DNA of 64,000 bases from an uncultured Candidatus Saccharibacteria bacterium (GTDB lineage: Bacteria; Patescibacteriota; WWE3; UBA101185; UBA10185): the NCBI GenBank assembly GCA_964643995.1, contig CAZXUJ010000001.1, forward strand, positions 5,622-69,621. The letters run 5' to 3'. Every line of letters begins with the position of its first letter. Position 1 is the first letter of the stretch. Below the pieces are notes generated by a model, which was not told the origin of the DNA, made no database searches, and saw only the letters and a list, made by a program, of their open reading frames with translations. Below, piece after piece: positions 27,887-37,279 of the stretch. The translations under genes and the position numbers were made by a program.

Positions 27887-29396
27887 CTCCAGTTTATGCA
27901 CGGATGATATTGATAAGATAGTAAAAGACCCTAAGGTCAGAAAAGAACTAACCCGCAAAAGTCATTATTTGTTTTTCCATATTTACTTTGCTAGGTACGT
28001 CAAATATCCAACAGCTGATTTTCAAAAAGAAATATTTGAGCTGACTGAAAAGCCAGACGCGATGCTGTATGAAATCATTGCTTTTAGGGGTTCTGCTAAG
28101 TCTACAATAATGTCGTTATCACTCCCGATTTGGTCACTTATTAATGAGTCACAGAAGAAATATATTTTGCTTTTGAGCCAAACTCAGCAACAGGCTAGGC
28201 AAGCGTTAATCAATATAAAACGAGAGCTTGAAAGTAATGCATTACTTATTAATGACTTTGGACCATTTGATGAGGATAGTGATGAGTGGCGCACTAATTC
28301 ATTAGTTATTCCTAAATTTGATGCTCGAATTTCCGCGGCTTCTACTGGTGAAAGTATTCGAGGTGTAAAGCACGGTGAGTATCGACCTGATTTAATAATC
28401 GCGGACGATGTGGAGGATTTATCATCAGTTAAAACAAAAGAAGGTCGGGATAAAACGTACGATTGGTTTACTGGTGAAATCGTTCCCGCAGGTGATGTAA
28501 ATACTCGAATATTTTTAATTGGTAACCTTCTACATGATGGCTCTTTAATGGTTCAAATTAAAGAACAAATTCTTAGTAAAAAATTACGGGGTATATTCCG
28601 CGAGTACCCATTGGTAAGTGAAGACAAACAAATATTGTGGGCTGGCAAGTTCCCAAACAATGAGGCCATTGAGGCGTTAAAAGCTACAGTACCTAGTGAA
28701 TCAGCCTGGTCACGGGAATATTTGCTTAAAATAATCTACGACGACGATCGAGTCATAAAACCTGAGTGGATTCATAGATACTCCGATTTACCTCAAATAT
28801 CATGGGAAGGTTACCAATATACTGCCGTTGGTGTTGATATTGCAGTTTCTGAAAAAGAGCATGCGGATTATAGTGCAATTGTTGCAGGTATGGTTTTTAA
28901 AAAGAACGGTAATACATCCATTTATATATTGCCCTATCCAGTTAATAAGCATTTAACTTTTCCCGAACTGGAAGAAGCAATCCGTGATTTAGCTAGGTCA
29001 TTACCTACAAAAAGAAAAGTTAAATTATTCATTGAGGACGTTGGGGCTCAAAAAGCATTGGTTCAAAGGCTACAAATGTATGGGTACGATGTAGAAGGCA
29101 TAGTACCTAGGGCTGATAAACGAACTAGACTTGGTTACACGGCACAACCGTTAAAATACAAGACCGTGCAGTTGTGTAAATATGGCTGTGATGAATTAGT
29201 AGACCAGCTAAGCAATTTTGATTATGTAAGGCATGATGATCTTGCTGATGCCTTTTCACTGCTTGTAAATAAGGTTTTAGACGACGCTACAATAAAAAAG
29301 ATACAACCAAATATCCGTGTTCTATCTTCCACTAATAGTTTTAGAACGGTAGGTGGTGGAAGTGCCAACGACGTTGCAAGTTTCTTAAGAAGCTGA
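27879..29396 (+). CDS. Phage terminase large subunit (ATPase + RNase H-like nuclease)
   Basis: Walker A FRGSAKST, Walker B DLIIADDVED, C-terminal nuclease motif GVDIAVSEKEHADYSAIV. Start set at ATG 27879, preceded by GGAGGT. Confidence 0.75.
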   Translation: MINSSLCTDDIDKIVKDPKVRKELTRKSHYLFFHIYFARYVKYPTADFQKEIFELTEKPDAMLYEIIAFRGSAKSTIMSLSLPIWSLINESQKKYILLLSQTQQQARQALINIKRELESNALLINDFGPFDEDSDEWRTNSLVIPKFDARISAASTGESIRGVKHGEYRPDLIIADDVEDLSSVKTKEGRDKTYDWFTGEIVPAGDVNTRIFLIGNLLHDGSLMVQIKEQILSKKLRGIFREYPLVSEDKQILWAGKFPNNEAIEALKATVPSESAWSREYLLKIIYDDDRVIKPEWIHRYSDLPQISWEGYQYTAVGVDIAVSEKEHADYSAIVAGMVFKKNGNTSIYILPYPVNKHLTFPELEEAIRDLARSLPTKRKVKLFIEDVGAQKALVQRLQMYGYDVEGIVPRADKRTRLGYTAQPLKYKTVQLCKYGCDELVDQLSNFDYVRHDDLADAFSLLVNKVLDDATIKKIQPNIRVLSSTNSFRTVGGGSANDVASFLRS

Positions 29397-29427
29397 CTGA
29401 TTTTATAGTATAATTCCTTTATAAAAC

Positions 29428-29560
29428 TAAATCTCAGCGGCGAAACTGAAAATCCTTAAGTCTTTGACTTGAGGTCATCGAACCTAAAAAGGGGCTACCC
29501 TCTAGGGTTCGATGCTTCGCCGCTGAGATACTACAAGGGTAGTCCCTTTTTGTTTGTAGT
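29428..29560 (+). terminator. Multi-stem structured element ending in a rho-independent-terminator-like hairpin + T-tract
   Basis: 14-bp long-range stem ATCTCAGCGGCGAA(29431-44)/TTCGCCGCTGAGAT(29516-29) enclosing hairpins AAGTC-TTT-GACTT and CATCGAACC...GGTTCGATG; then AGGGTAGTCCCTTTTTG. Confidence 0.5.
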
Positions 29561-29657
29561 GTCTTAACATAGCTTAAGATCAAATAAAAGACTTGCCTTT
29601 GATTAGTTTTTGCGTCATCCATTGGCGCTAGTAAAAACTTATTTCAAAGGAGGTCTT

Positions 29658-30557
29658 ATGGATCAAGCTAAACAGGTTGAAACTGCTACGCCACAGTATA
29701 AAAACCTAGTTAAAAACTTATGGCGTAAAAGCTGGCTTCTAAAGCTTGTACTTATTGCACTTTATCCGCTATCTCTTACTTATTTAATTTGGAAATCTCA
29801 TAGACTGCCGAAAGTTGTAAAAGGCATACTTCTTTTAGTAATGTGGTTTTTTGTTATTGTATTTACTGCTGCTTTTTCAAGTCCAACAAGTCAGCAAGCA
29901 TATCAAGAAGGTCAAAAAGCAGGGCAAGAAGCCATTCAGAAGAAAGAAACTACTGAAAAGACAGCCACAACACAAGTTGCTGAGAACAACCAGCTAGTTC
30001 AAATACCTACTGAGCAACCTCAACCGACCGCAGCAGCAACACCGACTCCTACACCCACACCCACGCCAACAGCGCAGGTAGCCGAAAAGCCCGCGGAGCA
30101 AAAACCATATAACATTTACGACGATTTATGGAAAGCTCTGGATACTAGCTTAAAGACTCGAAAAAACATTGATATTAAATATGACGCGACTACAAAGATG
30201 GCAACGCTTTTGGTAAACGAAAACGAAACTTATTGGGATGAAACCGCTATGTTAAACAGTGCATATGCAAGACTCGTTAAATATGGCAAATCTGCCTTTG
30301 AAATAAACGGAGTAGATCAGGTAGGTGTAAACATAAGCACGAAAATGATGGATTCACATGGTAAAGAAAGCGTAGAGGAAGTAATCAGAGTAGCAATTAC
30401 CAAAACAAGCTACAAAGACTATAACTGGGATAACATGCAATACGTCGACGATTTCTACAACAAGATGGTGGATGCGGTAAGCGTTAATTACATAAATCCT
30501 GGGATTTTTAGAAAGCTGAATCTAGATAAGGTTCACCTTAACTTACTTTTGAATTGA
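29658..30557 (+). CDS. Membrane-anchored protein with Pro/Thr/Ala-rich linker (PTPTPTPTPT), unknown
   Basis: Start at ATG 29658, preceded by AGGAGG; two TM helices; low-complexity linker; C-terminal globular domain. Confidence 0.5.
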   Translation: MDQAKQVETATPQYKNLVKNLWRKSWLLKLVLIALYPLSLTYLIWKSHRLPKVVKGILLLVMWFFVIVFTAAFSSPTSQQAYQEGQKAGQEAIQKKETTEKTATTQVAENNQLVQIPTEQPQPTAAATPTPTPTPTPTAQVAEKPAEQKPYNIYDDLWKALDTSLKTRKNIDIKYDATTKMATLLVNENETYWDETAMLNSAYARLVKYGKSAFEINGVDQVGVNISTKMMDSHGKESVEEVIRVAITKTSYKDYNWDNMQYVDDFYNKMVDAVSVNYINPGIFRKLNLDKVHLNLLLN

Positions 30558-30607
30558 GAGAACTGGTGCGTAAGTATATACTTACGCACTATCTTAAGAT
30601 ATTTTAA

Positions 30608-30931
30608 TCAGCAACAAATCTTAAGTAGATTAATGTATCTTGTTAAACCGTCGGATTTCTTTCCGTAAGTTCGGAATAACTGCATCACGTTTTTTAGTAT
30701 TTCCTGTAAGTATTTCTTTTCCTCATTAGTAATATCGGAATTATTGAAAAGTTTAGTTCTTAGCGATATTAATTGCTCATTGCTATCTTGTTTCATACTC
30801 AAGATATGGTCTAGGTATGTCGCTACGTCAGTATTCGTAACAGTATCTTTTAAAAATAACATATCTATCTGATCTAGTTGTGTGTTCATATGCCTATTAT
30901 AACGTAAGTCAGCTATATGTGTTGTAACCAC
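30608..30931 (-). CDS. Hypothetical small protein (107 aa)
   Basis: ORF only. Confidence 0.3.
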   Translation of the reverse strand: MVTTHIADLRYNRHMNTQLDQIDMLFLKDTVTNTDVATYLDHILSMKQDSNEQLISLRTKLFNNSDITNEEKKYLQEILKNVMQLFRTYGKKSDGLTRYINLLKICC

Positions 30932-30978
30932 GCCACTCTTACTCTAACAAGATTCTTACCTTTTGGTATAATACCTCT

Positions 30979-32322
30979 ATGCGTATTGCGTTAATAACAG
31001 CCAGAATCGATCCTTTTATATCACCAATTGATATGGATGGTGGCTGTGTTATGGTGCGTAACTATATAAAATCCCTATATGATTTTGGACATGATATTCA
31101 TGTTTTTACTAGACTTGTAGAAGAATCTCCCATTAATAGTGAGCAGTTAAACACTAAAGCACGTATGCAAAAACAAGCAGGTGTTGGTAAGGTCAAAGTA
31201 AACTCCCGACTTACTGTTTATCGATTACCCTATACGTCCTTAAACTCAGAGGAGAAAGTATGGGAAAAACAACTTCAGGAGTCTTCATCGTTTCTAAGCA
31301 ATGTGAAGGTTTATCTTGATGCACAAAGTTTCGATGTATACCACTATTTTCATTTGCTATCTATAGCTGGATGGTACTTGCTTGATTCTGAAATTCCATT
31401 TATTGAAAAGACAACTTTTAGTCCTTTATTCTTGAGCATTGGACGGCAATTTGAATACCTGCCCGATGCGAGAATTGATATGGAAAGAAAAATCTTGGAA
31501 AGAGTACCTGCTGTAAGTGGCCAATCAAATGGTGAACTTAAAACTATACGTAAATCATACGGAATAGAAGATGAGAAGTTAGTAAAGGTACCTTTGGGGG
31601 TTGATACGAGTATTTTTTACCCTAAAGAGGAATTCGATTCTGTAACAACTAATAAAAAGGTAATTTTGATAAGTCCAAATTCAATAAAACCTCAAAAAAG
31701 ACAGTTGGAAGTTGTAAACATTGCAGGTGAACTCAGAAATCGTGGACATAATGTTTTAACAATAGTAATGGGCAGAATAAAAGATCCTGACTATTACGCA
31801 CAAATTCAAAAACGTATTGAGGAACTTAATCTAAGTCAGGCTTCTAGGGAGGATATTCCAACAAGATCAGAGTTATTAGCACTAAACTCGGATATATTAT
31901 TTTTACCGGGTAAAAAAGAAAAGGAGCTTTCTGACTTATTACGAACAGCTGATATAGCCGTTTTTCCCTCCACAGATGAAGGTTTTGGTTTGTTAAATCT
32001 AGATTGTATGGCATGTGGTACTTTAACTGTGTGCTCTAATCTAAAAGAATATGGTGACTATCTTATTCCAGGAGAAAATGCCATTGCAGTTGATGTTGAA
32101 AGAGGAATAAATGGTTTCATAGAGGAACTGGATGGTTTACTTAAAAATAAAGAAAAGATCGTGAAAATGTCAAAAATTGCAGTGAACAGTTCTCAGAATT
32201 TCTCGTGGGATAAACTTATAAAAAAACAACTGTTTGTTTATAACACCTTGTTTAATAATGAACCTGTTAATTACACAAAATTTCATACTTCAAATTGGGT
32301 AAATTTGAATGAGCAGGATTAG
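30979..32322 (+). CDS. GT4-family (GT-B fold) glycosyltransferase
   Basis: C-terminal GT4 signature region FPSTDEGFGLLNLDCMACGTLTV (ExFG...E motif). Confidence 0.68.
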   Translation: MRIALITARIDPFISPIDMDGGCVMVRNYIKSLYDFGHDIHVFTRLVEESPINSEQLNTKARMQKQAGVGKVKVNSRLTVYRLPYTSLNSEEKVWEKQLQESSSFLSNVKVYLDAQSFDVYHYFHLLSIAGWYLLDSEIPFIEKTTFSPLFLSIGRQFEYLPDARIDMERKILERVPAVSGQSNGELKTIRKSYGIEDEKLVKVPLGVDTSIFYPKEEFDSVTTNKKVILISPNSIKPQKRQLEVVNIAGELRNRGHNVLTIVMGRIKDPDYYAQIQKRIEELNLSQASREDIPTRSELLALNSDILFLPGKKEKELSDLLRTADIAVFPSTDEGFGLLNLDCMACGTLTVCSNLKEYGDYLIPGENAIAVDVERGINGFIEELDGLLKNKEKIVKMSKIAVNSSQNFSWDKLIKKQLFVYNTLFNNEPVNYTKFHTSNWVNLNEQD

Positions 32323-32327
32323 TTACT

Positions 32328-33194
32328 ATGAGAAAAGTAGTCAAAACAGACGCTGAACTAATTTTTGACACTGACAAGGTGTATAAACGGTTTACCACGT
32401 CCTCTGTAGATACAAACGTATTAAACGATCTAATTAGACTAGATAAACAGGCAAATCCAATTCCACATTTTTTGGGAATTTTACCTTATTTGGATACACC
32501 TTTTTGTAGTGAGGCTCTACCCGATGATACTCAAATATTAGTAATGGCTTATTTGCCTGAGCAGTACTTTCTAACAAAAATTACTGAAAGGGGTGAGTTG
32601 ACAGATACGATCTTGCAAAAAATGGCGCACGCCCTCTATAGCTTTCACTCAAAAATGACCATTGTTTCAGAATCTTTTGGAGGAAATTATCTTCTAAATA
32701 GATTTACAAAAGATAGGGAGTTAGTTGCAGACAAAGTAATATTGAATGCTGATGTAGCTTCATATCACAAAGGATTTACGAAAACACTTGATAGTAGCGT
32801 AGAAATTATCCAAAAAAGGTATCAAAATAACCGCTTAGTCGAAGGACATGGGGACTTGAATTTGGATCATATACATCTACAAAAAGACACTCTTACGTTT
32901 ATAGACTTTTCACACAATACAAAATATAGATTTGATGACGTTTCCCGAGATATCGCGGGCATTTATCTACATTTTATAGAACTTGGAAAAAAAGATTTTG
33001 CAACTGCTTTTCTGAGTGAGTATCGTAAGCTTAGTAACGACGCCGATCTTAATTTAATGGTAAATCTTCAAGTTGCTAAAAAGGTGTTAGTTAAGTATTT
33101 CATATACATAGGTGGATTTGATCCCAAACACTACGATGAAAAGATGCTTCAATCTGTTATTAACACTATAATCGACTTAGGAAACGTATACTAA
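32328..33194 (+). CDS. APH/choline-kinase-fold small-molecule kinase (candidate sugar or antibiotic kinase), paralog A
   Basis: Catalytic loop HGDLNLDHIHL and metal-binding FIDFSHN (HGDxxxxN...D motifs of the APH/ePK-like fold). Confidence 0.55.
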   Translation: MRKVVKTDAELIFDTDKVYKRFTTSSVDTNVLNDLIRLDKQANPIPHFLGILPYLDTPFCSEALPDDTQILVMAYLPEQYFLTKITERGELTDTILQKMAHALYSFHSKMTIVSESFGGNYLLNRFTKDRELVADKVILNADVASYHKGFTKTLDSSVEIIQKRYQNNRLVEGHGDLNLDHIHLQKDTLTFIDFSHNTKYRFDDVSRDIAGIYLHFIELGKKDFATAFLSEYRKLSNDADLNLMVNLQVAKKVLVKYFIYIGGFDPKHYDEKMLQSVINTIIDLGNVY

Positions 33195-33197
33195 ACT

Positions 33198-34253
33198 ATG
33201 CATATTTTAGAAATATCATCTTTACAGGAATTAACACCCCCAGAGGGTTATGGAGGTACAGAAAGATTTGTTCACTGGCTTTCAGAAGCTTTTGTAGAAA
33301 ATGGTAACCAGGTTAGTGTAATCTGCAAACAGGGATCCAAAGGTGGTACCTACCAAACAGTTTTCACAGAACAAGAGCAACTGACAGAAACTGTTAGGAA
33401 CTTTATTAAAAACAATGAGGTACAAATTATTCATGTAAATACTAAAGATAAATTCTTACTAAATTATTTAAAAACAACAAAGATTAAAGTAGTTATAACC
33501 CTTCACAATAATTTTAGGCGAACAAGTAGTTGGGTGGATTTAATAAAAGAAAACAATCCAAATTTTTACGTCACAACTATTAGTGAAAACTTAAAAAAGC
33601 GAGTTTTAGAAGCCCTTGAATTTAATTCTGTAACAATACCCACAAATGGAATTACTAATCTTGGCTTTGGTATGCCTATTACGAAAATAGTTAATAACGA
33701 AGATCCACAGTATTATTTATACCTAGGAGTGATGGCTAGATATAAAGGAGTTTTGGATATAGTAAAAGCTTTTTCTAATACAACCAAACAATTACTATTA
33801 GTTGGACCCTGTAACGACCCAAAGGAGAATGAGTATTTCAAGGAAATATTAGAATATACAAAACGTTATACAAATATTAAGTATTACGATGCTACAAAAG
33901 ATAATTCCGAAAAAGTGAATCTTATTAAAAGGGCAAAAGCTTTGATAGTGGCTACTGGATACGATCCTCTAGAAAGTGATTGCCACGAAGCTTTTGGACT
34001 TGTAATGCTTGAGGCAAATAATTTGGGTGTGCCCGTTATTGGTTTCGCAAAAGGGAATATAGAGGATTACATAGTAAACGGTGTTAACGGATATAAGTTT
34101 CAAGATATCAACCAGTTGCCTGAATTAGCCGATAAAGTTGAACAGAGTGACCTTAGTGAAAAGTGCATTGCTACTGCTGAAAAATATGATATCAATAAAA
34201 TCGCTACACAATATCTAAATTTCTTTACAAATATTCTTCAACAAAAGTATTAA
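33198..34253 (+). CDS. GT4-family glycosyltransferase
   Basis: EAFGLVMLEANNLGVPVIG (GT4 E-x7-E region). Confidence 0.68.
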   Translation: MHILEISSLQELTPPEGYGGTERFVHWLSEAFVENGNQVSVICKQGSKGGTYQTVFTEQEQLTETVRNFIKNNEVQIIHVNTKDKFLLNYLKTTKIKVVITLHNNFRRTSSWVDLIKENNPNFYVTTISENLKKRVLEALEFNSVTIPTNGITNLGFGMPITKIVNNEDPQYYLYLGVMARYKGVLDIVKAFSNTTKQLLLVGPCNDPKENEYFKEILEYTKRYTNIKYYDATKDNSEKVNLIKRAKALIVATGYDPLESDCHEAFGLVMLEANNLGVPVIGFAKGNIEDYIVNGVNGYKFQDINQLPELADKVEQSDLSEKCIATAEKYDINKIATQYLNFFTNILQQKY

Positions 34254-35079
34254 GCATACTCACGCTATTAGTTAATTTATCCTTATCGTAATGTACAACA
34301 TTGTACCCACCAGAATAGACAAAATATTTCATTAATACTCGTTTAGCTACTTGTAGTATTATAAGTTTTCTAATTAATTCATCAGACGTATATGCGAATA
34401 GTAATAAGTTGGAAAGCTTTTTAGAACCGCGCTGATACAAATCGAGGAAAAGAGTAGCGATATCCCTAGTCGGATCATCAGTTCGATATTTTTTTCTTAA
34501 GTAAAAGTCTATTAAACAAAAATTATCCCCTTCTTTAAAAAGATGTTCTAAGTTTACATCACCATGTATTTGTTTTATGTAACCCTTATTTGCTCTCTCA
34601 AGTATAAAGTCTCGAAGACTATTAAGTTCTTTGTCTATCTTTTCTAATATAGAGACTATGTTCTCATGCATATGAGGTAAGGTTCTAATACGAACGATAT
34701 CCTCCTTCATACGACTGTATAAATAGTCATTAGGTTGCTTATTATCAGTTGGGCATTTTGAATGAAAATTGTTTAGATACATACCTAATGGTTTTATTAT
34801 CTGTTCTAAATCATTTGTCTGTATAAGACAATCATCCTCATTTAATTTTCTCATAACCATAACGGGAGTGTTTGTGATATTAGGCCAAAAACCCTCAAAT
34901 TCTTTTGAAGTTTGCATTCTTAAAATAATAGGCTTTATGTTTGCTAAAGAGTCTAATAGGGGAATGTCAGTAAGGTCATCTTTCGTTACTTTGCCGTCTA
35001 AAATAAGCTTATAAACCTTATCTTTAGTAAAGACAATATCGACATCATCTTTGGTAATTCTTTTTAAAATTTCCTGCAT
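34225..35079 (-). CDS. APH-fold kinase, paralog B (inverted orientation relative to paralog A)
   Basis: IHGDVNLEHLF and LIDFY motifs; N- and C-termini alignable with 32328-33194 (DKVYK..., VAKRVLMKYFVYSGG vs VAKKVLVKYFIYIGG). Confidence 0.55.
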   Translation of the reverse strand: MQEILKRITKDDVDIVFTKDKVYKLILDGKVTKDDLTDIPLLDSLANIKPIILRMQTSKEFEGFWPNITNTPVMVMRKLNEDDCLIQTNDLEQIIKPLGMYLNNFHSKCPTDNKQPNDYLYSRMKEDIVRIRTLPHMHENIVSILEKIDKELNSLRDFILERANKGYIKQIHGDVNLEHLFKEGDNFCLIDFYLRKKYRTDDPTRDIATLFLDLYQRGSKKLSNLLLFAYTSDELIRKLIILQVAKRVLMKYFVYSGGYNVVHYDKDKLTNSVSMLNTFVEEYL

Positions 35080-36479
35080 TATCTAGGGTAATATGTACTA
35101 AAAATACGTTTCTTATCAAACTGTAAAACACTATTTCTGTTTTGTTCTTCATTAAATTGTTTTGGTAATTCTGTATAGTTAATTGAATTATTCTTATTAC
35201 AGTAGGAAAGATGTCCTCCTCTTTCAAACTGAGTAATCACTGTACAACCACAAGCTAGTGCTTCAAGTGGTGCTAACCCAAAAGGTTCTGTCCATTCGGG
35301 TTTTTCTAATCCAGCAAGGAAAATAAAGTATTTGTAGTCGTTTAGCACCTTAACTTTTTCTTGATCCCCTATTTCTCCCATTAATCTAGCCTTAGGATAG
35401 TTTTTCACTGCTGTCAGAAACGTATCTCCATACTCTTTTTCATTCTCACTAAAAATTATTGGACCGTAAAAATCTATTCCTAGATTGTATTTCTTTGCAT
35501 ATTCCAAGCAGGCTAGTGGGGATTTATGTTGTCCGATAGCTCCTATATACACGATATCTTTATCTCTATTGGTTTTATTTAGTGAGTATAAAGAAAAATC
35601 TATGCAGTTAGGTTTTATTTCATACCCAATACCTAAATTATTGAAATATTGTGTCTGCTGATCCCCTGATAACACAAAACATTCGCATCTTTTCAAATCC
35701 TTCAAATAAGCTAACTTTTCAGAGTAGTTGTTTTCAAGTATTACAAATACACGTCTCCCACATTTATCGAGTCTTTGGATTAAATCTTTCCCATAAGTAT
35801 ATGTGATGATCAGTCTGTAGTTTCCTAAATCAACATCCGCTAAATCTTCCAGACTAAAAGTGTGGTAATCAGAACCAACTTTTGATGCTATATCAACTTC
35901 ATAACCTAAATCCTTATAGTACTCGTACGCTAGTGCAGCCATACGTTCTCTACCACCATATAACTTAGGTGGTACACATATCGAATCGGGGGCTATTATC
36001 AAAACCTTCTTACTTAATGATTTTATATTTGTATCAAAAAAAGCAGGTATTTCTTTGTTTTCAAAATACTTTAATAGAGCGTTTTTGGATTCTACAGGTG
36101 TGATATTCAGATCTTTTAATTGGCTTATATCCACCCACATTGGAAAATATTGCTCATTTTCATTCATGTGTTCCTTTTCGGGGCCACCAAGCTCTAATTC
36201 GCCAGAGATATAGTTACATGAAAATACAAAATTTAAACGGGATTCCGTATCCAAATAGTAAATTAAGCGGTCTACAACAGCTTCTACATTAAATTCTTCT
36301 TTTATTTCACGCTTACAGGTTTCTTCTAGTGTTTCGCCATCTTCCCAATGTCCACCGGGAAGGGTATAGAAGACTTCTCCTTTAAGCACTTGCTTCATAA
36401 GAAGAAGTCTTCCATTGTCTATTACAACACCCGTTGACCTGAAACCGCGAGGTCTGTTTTTTAGAATAACTTTTTTCAT
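35079..36479 (-). CDS. Fusion: N-terminal Nudix hydrolase + C-terminal GT4 glycosyltransferase
   Basis: Nudix box GGHWEDGETLEETCKREIKEEFNVE; GT4 region EPFGLAPLEALACGCTVIT. Confidence 0.65.
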   Translation of the reverse strand: MKKVILKNRPRGFRSTGVVIDNGRLLLMKQVLKGEVFYTLPGGHWEDGETLEETCKREIKEEFNVEAVVDRLIYYLDTESRLNFVFSCNYISGELELGGPEKEHMNENEQYFPMWVDISQLKDLNITPVESKNALLKYFENKEIPAFFDTNIKSLSKKVLIIAPDSICVPPKLYGGRERMAALAYEYYKDLGYEVDIASKVGSDYHTFSLEDLADVDLGNYRLIITYTYGKDLIQRLDKCGRRVFVILENNYSEKLAYLKDLKRCECFVLSGDQQTQYFNNLGIGYEIKPNCIDFSLYSLNKTNRDKDIVYIGAIGQHKSPLACLEYAKKYNLGIDFYGPIIFSENEKEYGDTFLTAVKNYPKARLMGEIGDQEKVKVLNDYKYFIFLAGLEKPEWTEPFGLAPLEALACGCTVITQFERGGHLSYCNKNNSINYTELPKQFNEEQNRNSVLQFDKKRIFSTYYPR

Positions 36480-36480
36480 A

Positions 36481-37176
36481 CTAAATCATCCGTTGAGCAA
36501 ACAGTAAACCGTGACTTTCCAGCTCAGCTATGCTCTCAGGACTATGTACAAGGTTATCACGTACAGTGCCTTTTTTAAAGGGAATGTAGGTTTTAGCTGC
36601 AAATCTAAATACCCTTTTCAGATACGCAACTTGGCGCATTAAAATCTCCTCACTGACTTTGTGATTCCTTACAGTGAGCACTGTATATAACCCTGAGTTA
36701 TTCCTGCGAACTCCCTCGAGGAATGAAACTTGGTCAGGTGCCGTTTTTCTTGGTTCATCAAAGAAACCTACGAAGTCGGGATACACGACTTCAAAGAATA
36801 CTTGATCGTCGTGTGCTACCTTGGCTACAGCTTTTTGATGCTGAGTTACTCCGTAGCTTTGAAGGTATGCGATGAATACACCACCAAGAATAGTGCATCC
36901 ATATTTCCACGCCATCCCTTCCGCATCTCGTAACGGTACTGTTCCGTAGCGAACAGGTGGGCAATGTACAGGATATTTGGAATCAACAGAGTTGGTTCCT
37001 GTAACAGTGCCAGGTATGAAATTGTTCAAGAAAACCAGCATTTCAGAGATCGTGCTCTTGCTGGGCTCAAACATACCATCCCTGATGCGATAAATGCTTA
37101 AACCGCAACGCTCTGCAGCGTAGGGCTTAAGCACAACAAATGGTGCCTTTCCGCTTGCCAGCGTTTTTCGGTTCAT
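36481..37176 (-). CDS. Hypothetical protein with noticeably higher GC and different codon usage than neighbours
   Basis: 231-aa ORF. GC-ending codons are frequent (estimated by eye as mid-40s % GC against a mid-30s background). No family recognised. Confidence 0.4.
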   Translation of the reverse strand: MNRKTLASGKAPFVVLKPYAAERCGLSIYRIRDGMFEPSKSTISEMLVFLNNFIPGTVTGTNSVDSKYPVHCPPVRYGTVPLRDAEGMAWKYGCTILGGVFIAYLQSYGVTQHQKAVAKVAHDDQVFFEVVYPDFVGFFDEPRKTAPDQVSFLEGVRRNNSGLYTVLTVRNHKVSEEILMRQVAYLKRVFRFAAKTYIPFKKGTVRDNLVHSPESIAELESHGLLFAQRMI

Positions 37177-37259
37177 CTTTCTCTCCTTAGCTTAGATTTG
37201 GCGTCATTATAGCATTTATGTGGATATAAGGTATGATTTTGACTTTATAACTTGGATGC

Positions 37260-37279
37260 GTCATCAATGTGTTGATGAC
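37260..37279. promoter_or_regulatory. Perfect 8-4-8 palindrome GTCATCAA-TGTG-TTGATGAC overlapping the serine recombinase start codon
   Basis: Seen directly; position suggests an operator or recombinase-binding site. Confidence 0.4.

Noticed and set aside
30979-36479. Interpretation of the GT4/kinase/Nudix cluster as a phage DNA-hypermodification module
   Set aside because: Known thymidine-hypermodification kinases are P-loop kinases, not APH-fold, and there is no hydroxymethylase or DNA glycosylase-like gene here; kept only as a remote alternative inside the cluster finding.
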